Positions 11,301 through 22,645 of a stretch of 64,000 nucleotides of DNA are shown here, piece after piece. The notes beneath the pieces were generated by a model. It was not told the DNA's origin. It searched no databases and saw only the letters and a program-made list of their open reading frames with translations. Origin of the DNA: Plasmodiophora brassicae. Its lineage: Eukaryota. Within the stretch, counting starts at the first letter, position 1. Every line of letters begins with the position of its first letter. Position numbers and translations under genes: made by a program. Where the stretch lies: the NCBI GenBank assembly GCA_036867785.1, contig CP145427.1:310001-374000 (forward strand), read 5' to 3'.

Positions 11301-14300
11301 ACTGACCGTTTGCAATGCCTGCTTAGATGGGCACCGGAGCTGGTATCGGAGTTCGGCCTGATGTTGAGCAAAGCGTGTGCTCAAGCGACCCAGGCGATTT
11401 GGGGACCATCCGCCCAATCCGTGTCGTCTCTGTGGCTAACTCTTGCTGCGAACGCCCTGCAGTGCCTTATTAATGCGACTCGGTCGAATCCATCACTGGA
11501 ATCACTTGCCCCGCTTGTTGAGACTGCCTTGCATTTTGGTGCACGCCCTTTACCGGCCTCTGTTCAGCCTCGCTTTCGATCACTCGTCGATGTTGAAGCA
11601 GCGCATCGTTCATTGCTTGCGCGTAAGCGATCGAGCACGTTTGCAGCCAATGGGTCCAACAGCAATCCAATCATTATTGGGGACGATCCGCCATCGTCTT
11701 CGTCGAGCTCCTCTCCAGTTGCTTCCAATAACGTCATTGGGTCCGGCAGGCGGGCATCACTTCCGCGACAAATCGTGTCGTCTCTAGAGTCCTTGGGACT
11801 AATACCCAGGGATCCTGACGGTGCTTCCCAAAGCTCTGCTGCGTCGTCTGAGTGTGACAACACGGCCGACCCTGACCCGAATGCGTCCAATTACCGGTGC
11901 CCTGCCTGTTCACAGCGGGATATGTCGATGCCGAATCTCCTCGTCCATTTCTCGAACCAGCATGGGTCGTCCAGAGTTCGCGGCGAATGCCCGTTATGCG
12001 CTGCGTCAAGTCGGTCAATCCCCGGCACGGTTCATTCGTCCCTTGGGGAGCACTTCCGGCGCTGCCACTGGGCTCTGGCGGAATCGGGGTCGGCATCAGA
12101 TTCTCCCGCGTCAGGCAGTACGGTGTCACAGGAATCGGTCGCCAAGCTGATGGCAATGGGCTTCGAAGTGGACCATTGCATCTATGCGCTGGAGCAGAAC
12201 CACGAGGATCTCGTCGCTGCCACGAATTGGATTTTGAACAATCTAGCCACCGTCGGCGCTCTTGTTGAGTCCAAGAAGGCTGCTGCCGCAGCGCGAAACG
12301 CTCAACGGCAGCAGCAACAAGCGAATGCAATGGCGGCCAACGCTGTTGACGAGAACAACCCGTTCACAATCTCCCGGCAGAGAGAGGACGAAGCCGAGCA
12401 CGGCAAGAACGACAGTCTCGATGTCGAGTGTGGCCTTTCCCCATTGTCATCGGGGCAGGCTGACGCGGCGATGCTGGCGGTTGAGAAAGCAATGGGACGT
12501 GGTCTGATCGTCGGTGGCGCGTCATTGAGCCACGCCAGCCAGGGACTGGCGGTCGCCAAGCTGTCGAGCACCGGGCTCATGGCTGAGCTCGCCGTACTTC
12601 GCGCCCGATGTGTGTTCGTGGAGTGGTGCGCCCCGAAGCAAACGGCGCACATTGACGCCGACGCGTACGTGCGACTCGTCAAGCTCACGATCTGGCGCGG
12701 AGCCATTCGGGCGCCGCATTCCCTGGTGCACAAGCGGGTTGTTCGACATCTCCAGGAAGCCGTTTCGTCTGCGGACGTGAAGGCAGCTGTCGAGGCGGAA
12801 TGCCTGAGTCAGCTTGAACTGGCTGCGTCGCCGGCTGATGCTGCATTGTACGAGGAGGTCCCCTGGTTCGCCCGCGGGTCTGTCGAATGCACCGATAACC
12901 AGGCGTGCGATCAACGACGTCTCCATCTCGAACGAACCGAGACGTTCCTTCTGTCGATTCTGGACCGGGCCACGCCCGCCCTCTGGCAGGCCATTGCGGC
13001 TTGCCTCTACTGTGCCAATGTGCCGTTGAAGCAGGTGGCGCTGAAATGCCTCGCGAAACGACCGCCCACGTTGGCTGCCACCATTCCGTTCGAACGCCTC
13101 TGCGTCCAGTTCTCGCGAATCGCGCTTCGCGAGTACCACCAAAGTCGTCTGCTCTATTCGCCGTTCGTTCTCTCGCTGCTCAATTTGTGCTTGAGCGAGC
13201 AGGCATCCAGCCATGGTACCGGCCTGCACGCTTCGGTAGACGACGTTTCGTTCACGTTCGACGACTCGTCGCCGCTGCGTCTGTCGGACGATGCGCTGAA
13301 CGCCACCCAGGTGGTGGATAGCACATGGCTGGGCGCGAGCTCTGCGAAAGGGTTCCAGGTTGGTGTCAACGGGGCCCGGTTCAGGTTGCGGTTCTTACCG
13401 TGCTGTAGGTATGGGAGAATTGTTCGTCGAGCCCGTCGCCGTCGGCTCCGGCAGTCGTGTCGTGGACCGTTGCGGTCGACCAAGTGACGAACGGGATGGT
13501 GTTCATCGGCATCACTACCGATCCGGACGACGTGTCGTGCACGTGGCTGGGAAGCGGGACGTCCTCCTGGGGCCTGTCCGTTGACGGCCAGCTATGGCAT
13601 AACGATCGCCGAATCGGTCGCGTCGCAGAGCTGCCGGGGTCGCCGTCTGTCCCTCTGCTAATGGCCCCGGGTTCAAACGGGGGCTCGCCGCCATCGTCGG
13701 TCGTCATGCTCGGGCTCTCGCTCGACCTGTCCCATGGGACGCTGTCCGTCTCGCGAGACGGCCGGAATCTGGGCCTCGTGCTTCGTGGCCTCCCGCCTGG
13801 CGCGTACGTGTTCCCCGCGATATCGCTGTACCACAACAACGACAGCGTCTCCATGAAGGCGCTGTCTATTCGGGCAGAACGCCCCGAGCAAGGCTGCCTG
13901 GACACGGTCGACCTGGTCGCCGATGCGCTGTGCCGCCTGCAGCGGATCCGATCAGCGTTGCCGACGTTGCCGCCCGACGAAGCGGCCCTGGCCATCGACT
14001 GGATGTCCCTCTGGTCGACCGGGGCGCTGCGCGCGTACAAGGACGACCAGGGCCGCTACGAATGGTACCGCGTCGACCGACCGGTGCTGAACGACATCCC
14101 ATGCGGGGCCCGCATTCGCACCTGCGCCGGCAACGCCACGCTGATCGGGTCCCGATGCGGGTCGCCCTGGGTCCACGTCGACGCCGAGCCCGGCGCCCGC
14201 CCGCTGACGTCACGCGAGCTGGACGATGAGATCTCGGTGATCGCCACGAACGCGTCGGCGACGGCAGCGGGCGCCGCGAGAGCGATCGACGAGCCGGCCG

Positions 14301-15160
14301 TGACGCTGGCCGAATTCCACCGGGCCGTGTCCGCCGACCTGGGCCAGTTCGCCGACCTCGTCGACCGGGCGGCGGCGGCGGCGACGCTGCCGCCCTCGTT
14401 CCTGACCGTCGCTCAGGTGGACGAGCTCGCCGGCGGCGCCGACCCGCGAACGGTTCGCGCCCGATACGCGCTGCTGGTGCACGTCAACGTCGCCGTCGAC
14501 GGGCTGATCGGGTTCTCCGGCCACGACGGCCCGGTGCTCGCCGCCCTGCGCGACCTGTCGTCGTTGATCTGGCGCGGCACGAAGCGGCAGCTGTGGCGGC
14601 ACGCGAGCGCGCTGACGCATTCGCTGTCGCCGATGTCGACGTTCCTGGAGGCGTCGGTGCCGACGCTGAAGCTGGAGCGCGGCGACGGCACGCCGCTGCT
14701 GGAGCAGGTGGTGTCGCTCGTCCGAGGGTTGCCGACCAGCACGCTCGGGCGGATTACGGCCGGCGACAAGGGGCGCCTGCGCTCGTTCAGCGTCATGTGG
14801 GCCGGGGACGCGCCGTCGCCATCGGCCGACCAGACCGCCGCGTTTCAACAGGTCCTGGAGACGTGCCTCGGGGAGGCGCAGCGCCTGCTGTTCCGGGACG
14901 ACGGGCGCCCGCTGCCGGACGTGCCCGACCTCGTCCACGTGTACGAGGTCGTCGGCGTCCTGATCGGCATGGCGTTGCGCTGCGAGGTGACGGCGGTGCC
15001 GTTCCGCGCCGCCATCTGGGCCGACGTCCACGCCGGCGCCGACGCCTGCGCCGACAGCGCCACGAAGGCGATCGCCACCGGCATCCGGCACGTCGTCCCG
15101 ATCGGGTCGCTCCCGTTGTTCACGATCGACGACCTGCGTGCGCCCTTCTCCGAATCATAA
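5346..15160 (+). CDS. Large multi-exon HERC-like protein: RCC1 repeats, LamG-like domain, Cys/His zinc fingers, UBA, SPRY, truncated HECT-like end
   Basis: About 7 RCC1 repeats at 6500-7590 (VYAWGNGQHGRLG, VAAGYDHSLAV); LamG-like FTLSFWV...QWYLISC...RLYVD at ~10140-10530; CPAC...HFSNQH...CPLC...H at ~11895-12070; UBA (LMAMGFEVDHCIYALEQNHEDLVAATNWI); SPRY (SLDLSHGTLSVSRDGRNLG...VFPAISLY); HECT-like VGVLIGMALR...AIATGIRHVVP...LFTIDDL. The + strand ORFs are joined by short GT-AG introns; two adjacent genes cannot be excluded. Confidence 0.75.
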
Positions 15161-15276
15161 ACGGTCCACTATACTCTGTGTGTAACATCATGGAGCGCGT
15201 TCCCCCGTGGCGCGCTGCAGCCCGGCTGTGTCTGCGGCGCGCAGTCCGCAGGCGCGCGCGCCACCCGTCGACACCG

Positions 15277-15800
15277 ATGACGTTAGTCGTTGCTGGCCGA
15301 CGGGCCCGCCCAGCGACTGCCGACGCTCTGATTGTGTGCTTGCGTGTGCCCCGTGCAGGTCGAAGAAGGTGACGTTCAAGATCGTGCTCGCGTCCGATCC
15401 GAAACTGCCGTTCCGCGTGTACAGTCGCCGCGTTGACGTCGCCCGTGTGTGTTCTGGTTCCTGATAGATGTCTCTGCAGGGTCAGCGTCCCGGAGCAGGC
15501 ACCGTTCACTGCCGTCGTGAAGTACGTTGCCGAAGAGGTACCCATGTTGCTGTGCTCAGTGGTACCGTCCATGCGCTAATCTCGGAATGGGCAGTTCAAG
15601 GTGCCGTTCGAGACCAGCGCGATCATCACGGAGGACGGCGTTGGCGTTCAGAGCAAGCAGACCGCAGGTCGGTGCCGGCGATTCCCGTGCGCGATCCGGC
15701 CAGGTCGGTGACACCCGGTCTCTTTGCTTCGGTCACAGGCAGCGTGTTCCTGAAGCATGGGACGAAGCTGCGCCTGATCCCCAGGGACCGTGTCGGGTAG
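15277..15800 (+). CDS. UFM1: Ubiquitin-fold modifier 1 (5 exons)
   Basis: Spliced product [85 protein letters not shown]; all introns are GT-AG. Confidence 0.95.
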
Positions 15801-15985
15801 GCGCGCGCCGTTTCGTAAACCGGGGGGCGATGCCCACCTCCAATCCGTGTTCGATCGCGTCCCGCCTCACAATCGTGGCACGATAGGACAGCGCGCGTCG
15901 TTATAGCATGGTCCATATGTGGCCAGCGAGCCGACACAGAGAGATGGAGGGGGGCGACCCGCGGGCCAACCCGCAGGGTTTATAA

Positions 15986-16959
15986 TCAGTTCGTGTACGT
16001 GATGCGGCGATTCTTGTAGATCGCGTACCGGAAGCGCTTGTAGTACCCGGTGGCGAGGGCGGTGAACACCAGCGCGACGATGACCTTGCAGCCCATCTTC
16101 TTGCGCTCGTCCTGCTCGGGTTCGGCCGTCCACATCAGGAACGTGGTGACATCCTATGACAGCAGCGTCGTGGGCGTCGGGGCCGGTTGGCGTAACAAAT
16201 GGGCAACGTGCCCGGCGACCTTTGCGATCTGCGACAGGTGGTTCGGCGTCCCGTCCGTGTACTCGACGCTCTCGTCGTACAGCGGCTGGGCCATGGAGAT
16301 GGCCCCGCCGGGGAAGTACGGGTTGAAGCTGAGGCCCTCGCGGAGGACGACGCCGGCCGGCGGGTCCTTGTAGCCCGTCAGCAGCGCGAAGATGTAATCG
16401 GCGCCGCTGTGGCGCGCCTTGCCCATCAGGGACAGGTCGGGCGGCTGCGCGCCGTTGTTCGCCGCCTTGGCCGCTTCCGCGTTCGGGTACGGCGCCGGGA
16501 AGTAATCGGACAGGCGTCCTGCGTAGGCAGACGTCAGACAGACGGCGGGCGCCAAATCCGACGAAGCACGCCGCGGGCGGTACCGGGCCGCATGAACATG
16601 TCGCCGTTCTCATCCGGGCCGTCCTCGATCTCGACGTCCTCGGCCAGCGCCTTCGCCTCGTCCTCCGTGTGCGTGTTGCCCACCAGGTTGCGGAACGCGA
16701 CCCGGTTCAGCGAGTGGCACGCGGAGCACACCTGCTTGTAGACCTGGAACCCGCGGCGCACGCTGCCCATGTCGAACGCGTCGAGCGGCCCGCTGTGATC
16801 CCACGGGTAGTGCGGCGGGTGCAGCTGGTCGTCCGCCAGCGCCGTCGTCGTCGTCGCCAGCGCCGCCGACACGCCCGTCAGGCACGCCGCGCCGGCCCCG
16901 TACCACGCCGCCTCGCCCTGCGGCCGGATCGCCCGCCACACGCGCCCTGCGAACGACAT
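15986..16959 (-). CDS. CYC1: Mitochondrial cytochrome c1 (complex III), 3 exons
   Basis: Presequence, then [12 protein letters not shown]...[17 protein letters not shown] (heme CxxCH), [22 protein letters not shown], a C-terminal TM and KNRRITYTN*. Confidence 0.97.
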
Positions 16960-17112
16960 TCCGCCCAAATCACCAAACGACGGCCACCACCAGCACACAC
17001 CACAACCGGCCCGCTGCCCGTGATGGACTTTTGACGCGGTGACCCCATTATTTTCCACACCGACCACAAAAAGGCGAACACGGCCCCCACACAGACGACG
17101 GGCGGCGAACTA

Positions 17113-20100
17113 CAGTAATTGCTTCTAATAAGCCCCGAACTGAAATAATTGGGGTTCGGGGTCATAGAGCATTGTGAGGGTTTGGGGTCTTATTGTGAAA
17201 TATTTTTTGGGTAGGTTCAGTGCTTGGGGTCTTATCAGGAGCACAGTTTATACTTGGAGTTACGTTGCGTAATTCAACCACAGACTGGTCCCGATTAGCC
17301 CAAACAACAAGAAACGGAACATTTATTTGTCGCAGCACAGGAATGCTCGATTCACAGGGACGGCAGTATATCCTCCGACGCCAACAGGTTCTCCAAAGTG
17401 ATCCACGCCCAGACAACTTGTAGTGTGCAGTCGTGCGATAACGACCACGATGTGGCCGTCGGGCACAGGCTGTCCGTGTAGAGAGGTACGCGGTGCAGTA
17501 ACAGAGCCGGTGAGTAGCGGCTGGCCATCGGAGTCGAACACCTCGACATAGTCGCCTTCACGAAAACGGTTTTGTCCGGGTTCATACGACAGGATAGGCG
17601 CGTCCTCGTCCGATGAACTAGGGTCTGCGGCCTTGTAGGTGCCTTCAGAAAATTCGCCGCTGTCGCTGCTGTCGGAATCTGTCCCGTCATCGACGTTAAT
17701 TATGAACGGGACGTTCGGGATAAACCGGTACTCATCAAGACCCTGGATCTTGATCCTGCCGGGATCCGCACCCACCGTACCAAGCAGGCAACCGGTCTTC
17801 TCGAAGTACTTATGAATGTACCCCGCTTGACACAACCGCTCCCACGCTTCACCCACCCAGTTGGTAATGAGGACGCGACGCTCGGAAGCCGTGAACTTTC
17901 CTCCTAACCATTTGGATGAGAACGCAGCGTCATCGTCCATCTGCGCATCAAGCCGCGATGCGATCAGATATTTCATCATCCGCCCGGCGCCGGCATCGAC
18001 TGTCAACGACAATTAGCATGGGAAAATCAAGGTGAACGAAATACATACCAGGTTGCAACAAATCAGTAACGTTTGGCGGAAACAGCACGATTTCGCCCAA
18101 GGACTTCATCGAATCGACAAACTCTGGTGCCTTGTGGGATTGAAGGTTGTCGCAGAGGAAGGTCCGATTCTCGTCAGGGTTTACGAACGCAGGATCTTGC
18201 TGCATGACCTTCGCGATGTTTACAGCGGTCTTGGTGTCAACCCATCCGTTTTCTTGAAAATGGACCGACACCCTGGAGTCCTGTGACAAATGGCACTTAG
18301 AAGTTGGTTTGAAGCGTCCAGTGAAGAACACACCCATTGATTCGGCTCGTCAGATCGGAGAATCTGTGTACCCTTGCCGCGAAATATGACATGGGGTCGC
18401 GGTTGGACCTCACAATCCGCCCCAATGCAGAGGAACAGTGTCGCCTGCCGCTTTTCATCTCCCGCACCCGGCTGCCTGATCCAGACTCGCTTTGTGCCAA
18501 CGTCGTCAACGGTCCGTCTGTCACCATCATTCACGAATGGAAGAGGAACCTGCAAAGCATCAAAGAAGTGCAATACAGAGCATCTAGGCGGAATGGACCT
18601 CATCGAAGTTGAACATGGAATGTGGAAATACACTACGACTGGAATTGCGTTTCGCGAGTAGTTGATGAAATTCGTAAACGATGGGCTTGTATGCTACTGC
18701 ATCAATCTTCTTTCGGTTGTTCCCGCGTCTGATGGAGAAATCGTGCCTCGGAAGGAACCCATGATAGTACCACCCATACGAGAGCTTAATCTCCTTCGCG
18801 TTGTTTGGATTTACGATGTTCGGCCTTCGACGAATCTGCCTGGCCATTGAGAGTGACCAGTTCTTCGATATTGTCCTACCTGGAATTACACAGTTAAAAC
18901 GGTTACCTTTGACGGTTAACCCGGAACCACCTTTCGCCCTCTCTTTGCGGATCTCGCGAGCAAGCACCTCTTCGAGGTGCCGCAAGTCCTTCAACCAACA
19001 GCGATTGTACGAGGACTTCTTGGCACGATCGGCCGACGAAGCCACACGGTCACGTAGTTGATCTTCGTTCTTCATCCATCTTGCGATGGTCGTTGCAGGT
19101 ATACCAGTATCATCGGATACAAGTTGAACCGCCAGCGCACGAGACCGCTTCTCACCCGAGCTAGGACGCTGCGTGTCCAATACTTCTTTGATAATATCCA
19201 CCTTGCGCTCAAACGAATAACGCTGGCGCTTCGACGAAGGGCCATCAACCCGTTGTTCATCAGGCTGGGGATTTGCTTGGTCTATGACACAACCACGAAT
19301 TATCACACAAGGCACAATATTGGGCGTAGAAACTCCATTCGGCATACATTCTTCCTCGACCTTGTGCGTTTTCATGTGGGAAATCAGGGCTTGTTTGGTT
19401 TGACAGCGTTTATCACATTCAGAGCATGTGAACCTGTCCTTGACCATAGCTGGACACTTGGAGGACACGAATATCTCGCCGGAGCCACGGGACATTAACA
19501 TGGACGGCCCGAAGTATTTATGCAGAGTCGCTTGCGACGTCACAGTCTTTCCGGACGTTGCATTCGATGAACTACCTGTCAGCAAACGTCATTAGTTCAA
19601 GAACGAACAAGTAACCACAACACGTACTGTGAGCAGCAGAGCCAGGACGGAAAGGGTCAAGAGTTCTGTTTGACGAAGACGCACACGATGCGGGTCTTGC
19701 TTCTTGCTTTCCATTCACGTCTACGAGAGAGACAGTTATTCACGAACGTTCGTGGCAAAAACTCGCTGACCTTCACTCGATTCCTCGAGGTGACTGTTGT
19801 CGCTGGGACCTGTGTTGCCTGATCCCTTGTATCGGGCGATAAGCGCTCGTTTCATATCATCGAACTCCGAAGGTGTTATAATATCATCCTTCAGCAGCCC
19901 AGATAGCTCACGGAGCTCTTCCAGCATCGATGACATTCGCACAGAAGCACTACAACACCATTCGACAATGCACAATGAGTCAATGAGCTTGCGCCGCGGC
20001 ACCGCCGCGTAGTCCGTGCACCAAAAAAAACAGCAAAACGTTATGTGGAATTCCTAATAAGACCCCAAACATCTAAATTTAGCCCTATGTCTTTTATTAA

Positions 20101-20198
20101 GACCCCGGATATGCCTCGAAATCGGGGTTCGGGGTCATAAGCCATCGAATTCAGGGTTCGGGGCTTATTACAGGAAACCTTAATAGGAGCAATTACTG
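17113..20198 (-). mobile_element. pogo/Fot1-like (Tc1/mariner superfamily) DNA transposon, ~3.09 kb
   Basis: TA at 17111-17112 and 20199-20200. TIRs are CAGTAATTGCTTCTAATAAG (left) and CAGTAATTGCTCCTATTAAG (right, reverse complement). Subterminal TAATAAGCCCCGAAC-type repeats occur at both ends, and there is an internal DDE transposase. Confidence 0.92.
17323..19936 (-). CDS. Spliced DDE_1 (pogo-type) transposase with SHOCT-like, C2H2 and HTH/CENP-B-like domains
   Basis: MSSMLEELRELSGLLKDDIITPSEFDDMKRALI (SHOCT-like); CSECDKRCQTKQALISHMKTH (C2H2); RQRYSFERKVDII...IPATTIARW (HTH); LSYGWYYHGFLPRHDFSIR (CENP-B-like); catalytic FNFDE, LCDNLQSH and LQPVD once short GT-AG introns are removed. Confidence 0.88.
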
Positions 20199-20391
20199 TA
20201 CCCTGCGCGGGTGGGCGTCCTCTGGGTTTTGCCGCCGCTGCCCCGGCAAGCGACTCGCACAAGTTCAGCGGGGTGGGCCCGACCAGCTGGGCGTCGTCGA
20301 TCTGGGCCAACATGAGAGAGTCACCGGTTCCTTACGCGGACGTATGCGATTGTTCGTAATGATTGGGTGTATTTCGATTCGCAGGATTCTT

Positions 20392-22203
20392 TTACTCACC
20401 CCCAACCACGCGTTGCCGTTGACGAGTCCGACGTAGCCACGACAGAAAGGTGGCTTCGCCTCGACGACTGCCCCCGCAGGCCAACATCGCGATCTGGTAC
20501 GCTGACATAGTCCCGTCGGCAGCCGACGTCAGCTCTCTCAGGATGGGTATGATGACGTTAGGGCTGTCTCGTGATCCACGCATCCAGAGTTCCATACAGG
20601 AAGCGCCAGAATCTGGCCCGGAGCGCGTTGAGCGGAGTTGCAAAGCGTCCCAGACCCAGTCCCTGCTTGATGAACGGCGCAGGATCCATCTGACGATGTC
20701 GCCCGTCATGCATTTCTTATGGAAGATCGAGTGCCCGTCTGTGGTAACGTGACGCAGAGCGGCCTGGACCTGGGCGTCGGTGGCGTGTCGCGCTAGGCGA
20801 TCCAAGACGCTGACGGGATCGTCAACGTCGCAGTCGTCGAAAGTGGTGAGAGCGGAGACACCCGCGCCACTGAGGATCACTGTGTCATCGTCGAAAATGC
20901 CCAGCAGCTGCTCAAAAGAGAATTCTGGTTCGATTAAATCGCTCATCGCGTAGACAAGAATGCGGCGCTTGAAATCATGCTCGTCAAACTCCACCCCGAA
21001 TCGTCGACGAAGAGCCTTCAAACAGGTTTCCAGCAGGACCGGTTTGTTTACTCCAGCTAGTCCCAAACGCTGCCTCCACGGCTCAAATTGGCCAGCTAGG
21101 ATAATGTAGGGTACTTCCATGTCCCCGTAATAAGGATCAAACGTCATTATGTGTTCCGCGAATGTGCACACTTCGTCGATGCCGCAAGGGTTCTGGCCTG
21201 GTGTAGAAGAGGGGTTGTCAAAAATCAGACCAGCACCCAGCGTTATGAGCAGGTTGGCCGCACGATAATCACCGTCGAAGACCGCAGCTTCCAGCAGTGC
21301 GCTATCTGGCCGTGGTGTGTCGTCGTCTTCTGGATAAGGCTCGTTAATATCCATTCCGTGTGCTACCAGGACCCTCAATAGGTCAAGGTTTACGGTTTGA
21401 TCCGGGCCCTCAATCTGATTCTCGATATCGCAGGACGCCAGGCCCGATAGGGCCATCCGCACAAGGTTGCGGTCGCGTTCAGGAAGCAGCTTCAACAAGA
21501 CAGACGTAATTTCATCTCGTTCGTCATACAGGACGGGGAATTCGCGAGACGCAGCAATTCGTTCGGACGCTGACGCCGCGTAACCATCACACCCGTCGTC
21601 ATTAAGGAATGTGACACGACGTTCCAGAAGGAACTGAACTGCGTTTAGAGCTCGTTTCCGGTGCTGGACGTCGTCGTACTCTTCCGATGTGTGGCGTACG
21701 GCAACGCCGAGGGCATACCCGTCAGCCAATCGCCAATCGACCGCAAGTGTCTTGAGAATCATCTCGAAATGGCCCGGAGAACCATCATGGTCAAAGTCGA
21801 ACAGGATATCGAGGAGCAGGATCTGGGGACGCAGCGGCACCCGGCGATGGAGATTTCCGCGGGCCCATTCCTCTGGTACGTAGTTGCGAAGTTGGTCCAA
21901 GCCCTGGGAACTCTCAAAGAACGACAGGAGCGATTCCTGGCTGGCTTCCGGTTTGAACAGCATTTCCCACTGGCGTCGGATGCCCAAAACGTCCCGAGCG
22001 TAAGCAGACATGGTCAGGTTGCTCGACAATTGCGTCACGTTCCACACGTCGGAGTTGTCAAGGTTCGACAGGAGCATTGGCGCCAGGTCGACTGTAAGGC
22101 GACTCTTGAGGCAATTATGAGGGTTGTCATCTGAGTGAACCGCATGCCCAAGTGCCACCAGGCTGGACGCAAGGAAGGCGACGATCACGCGAACGGACGC
22201 CAT
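20392..22203 (-). CDS. Intronless putative secreted protein with degenerate ankyrin-like repeats (effector candidate)
   Basis: ~600 aa ORF; signal peptide MASVRVIVAFLASSLVALGHA; ankyrin-like LLRVLVAHGMDINEP...SALLEAAVFDGDYRAANLLITLGA. Confidence 0.7.
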   Translation of the reverse strand: MASVRVIVAFLASSLVALGHAVHSDDNPHNCLKSRLTVDLAPMLLSNLDNSDVWNVTQLSSNLTMSAYARDVLGIRRQWEMLFKPEASQESLLSFFESSQGLDQLRNYVPEEWARGNLHRRVPLRPQILLLDILFDFDHDGSPGHFEMILKTLAVDWRLADGYALGVAVRHTSEEYDDVQHRKRALNAVQFLLERRVTFLNDDGCDGYAASASERIAASREFPVLYDERDEITSVLLKLLPERDRNLVRMALSGLASCDIENQIEGPDQTVNLDLLRVLVAHGMDINEPYPEDDDTPRPDSALLEAAVFDGDYRAANLLITLGAGLIFDNPSSTPGQNPCGIDEVCTFAEHIMTFDPYYGDMEVPYIILAGQFEPWRQRLGLAGVNKPVLLETCLKALRRRFGVEFDEHDFKRRILVYAMSDLIEPEFSFEQLLGIFDDDTVILSGAGVSALTTFDDCDVDDPVSVLDRLARHATDAQVQAALRHVTTDGHSIFHKKCMTGDIVRWILRRSSSRDWVWDALQLRSTRSGPDSGASCMELWMRGSRDSPNVIIPILRELTSAADGTMSAYQIAMLACGGSRRGEATFLSWLRRTRQRQRVVGGE

Positions 22204-22545
22204 TCGGAATGAAGCCACCTCCACCACTCGCAACATTTCGCCGGATCGGTTGAACTGCGATGTATGTGCCAGAAATAAAAATCTGGGCCTAACTACATCA
22301 CGTGCCCGCCTGGGATGGCACTGGCAAATCGACCTTGGGGTAGGACCAAGTGACGGCGACTCTCTCGCGGACGTCCTATAAGTCCCAACGGGCTCGATAC
22401 TCTGCGCCAGTTCTCACTACGTTCCTAAAGTGCGTCCATTGCCTTTGTAATCTGCGTCCATGGGTTCGTCGATCGGCGCGCAATCGGACCAAACCACGCA
22501 CTATCAGTTGACGAACGCACTGACACACCACGCAGCTTCTTTTGT

Positions 22546-22569
22546 GGGGGGGGGGGGGGGGGGGGGGGG
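22546..22569 (+). repeat. Poly-G tract (G24)
   Basis: 24 consecutive G between the divergent secreted-protein and ABC-F genes. Confidence 0.9.
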
Positions 22570-22645
22570 CTGCCTGCCTCCTCATACACCCAGTCAGTCA
22601 GTCCATCGCCACACGTCAAGTTCAAGTTAGCGGGTCGGGTGGCGG

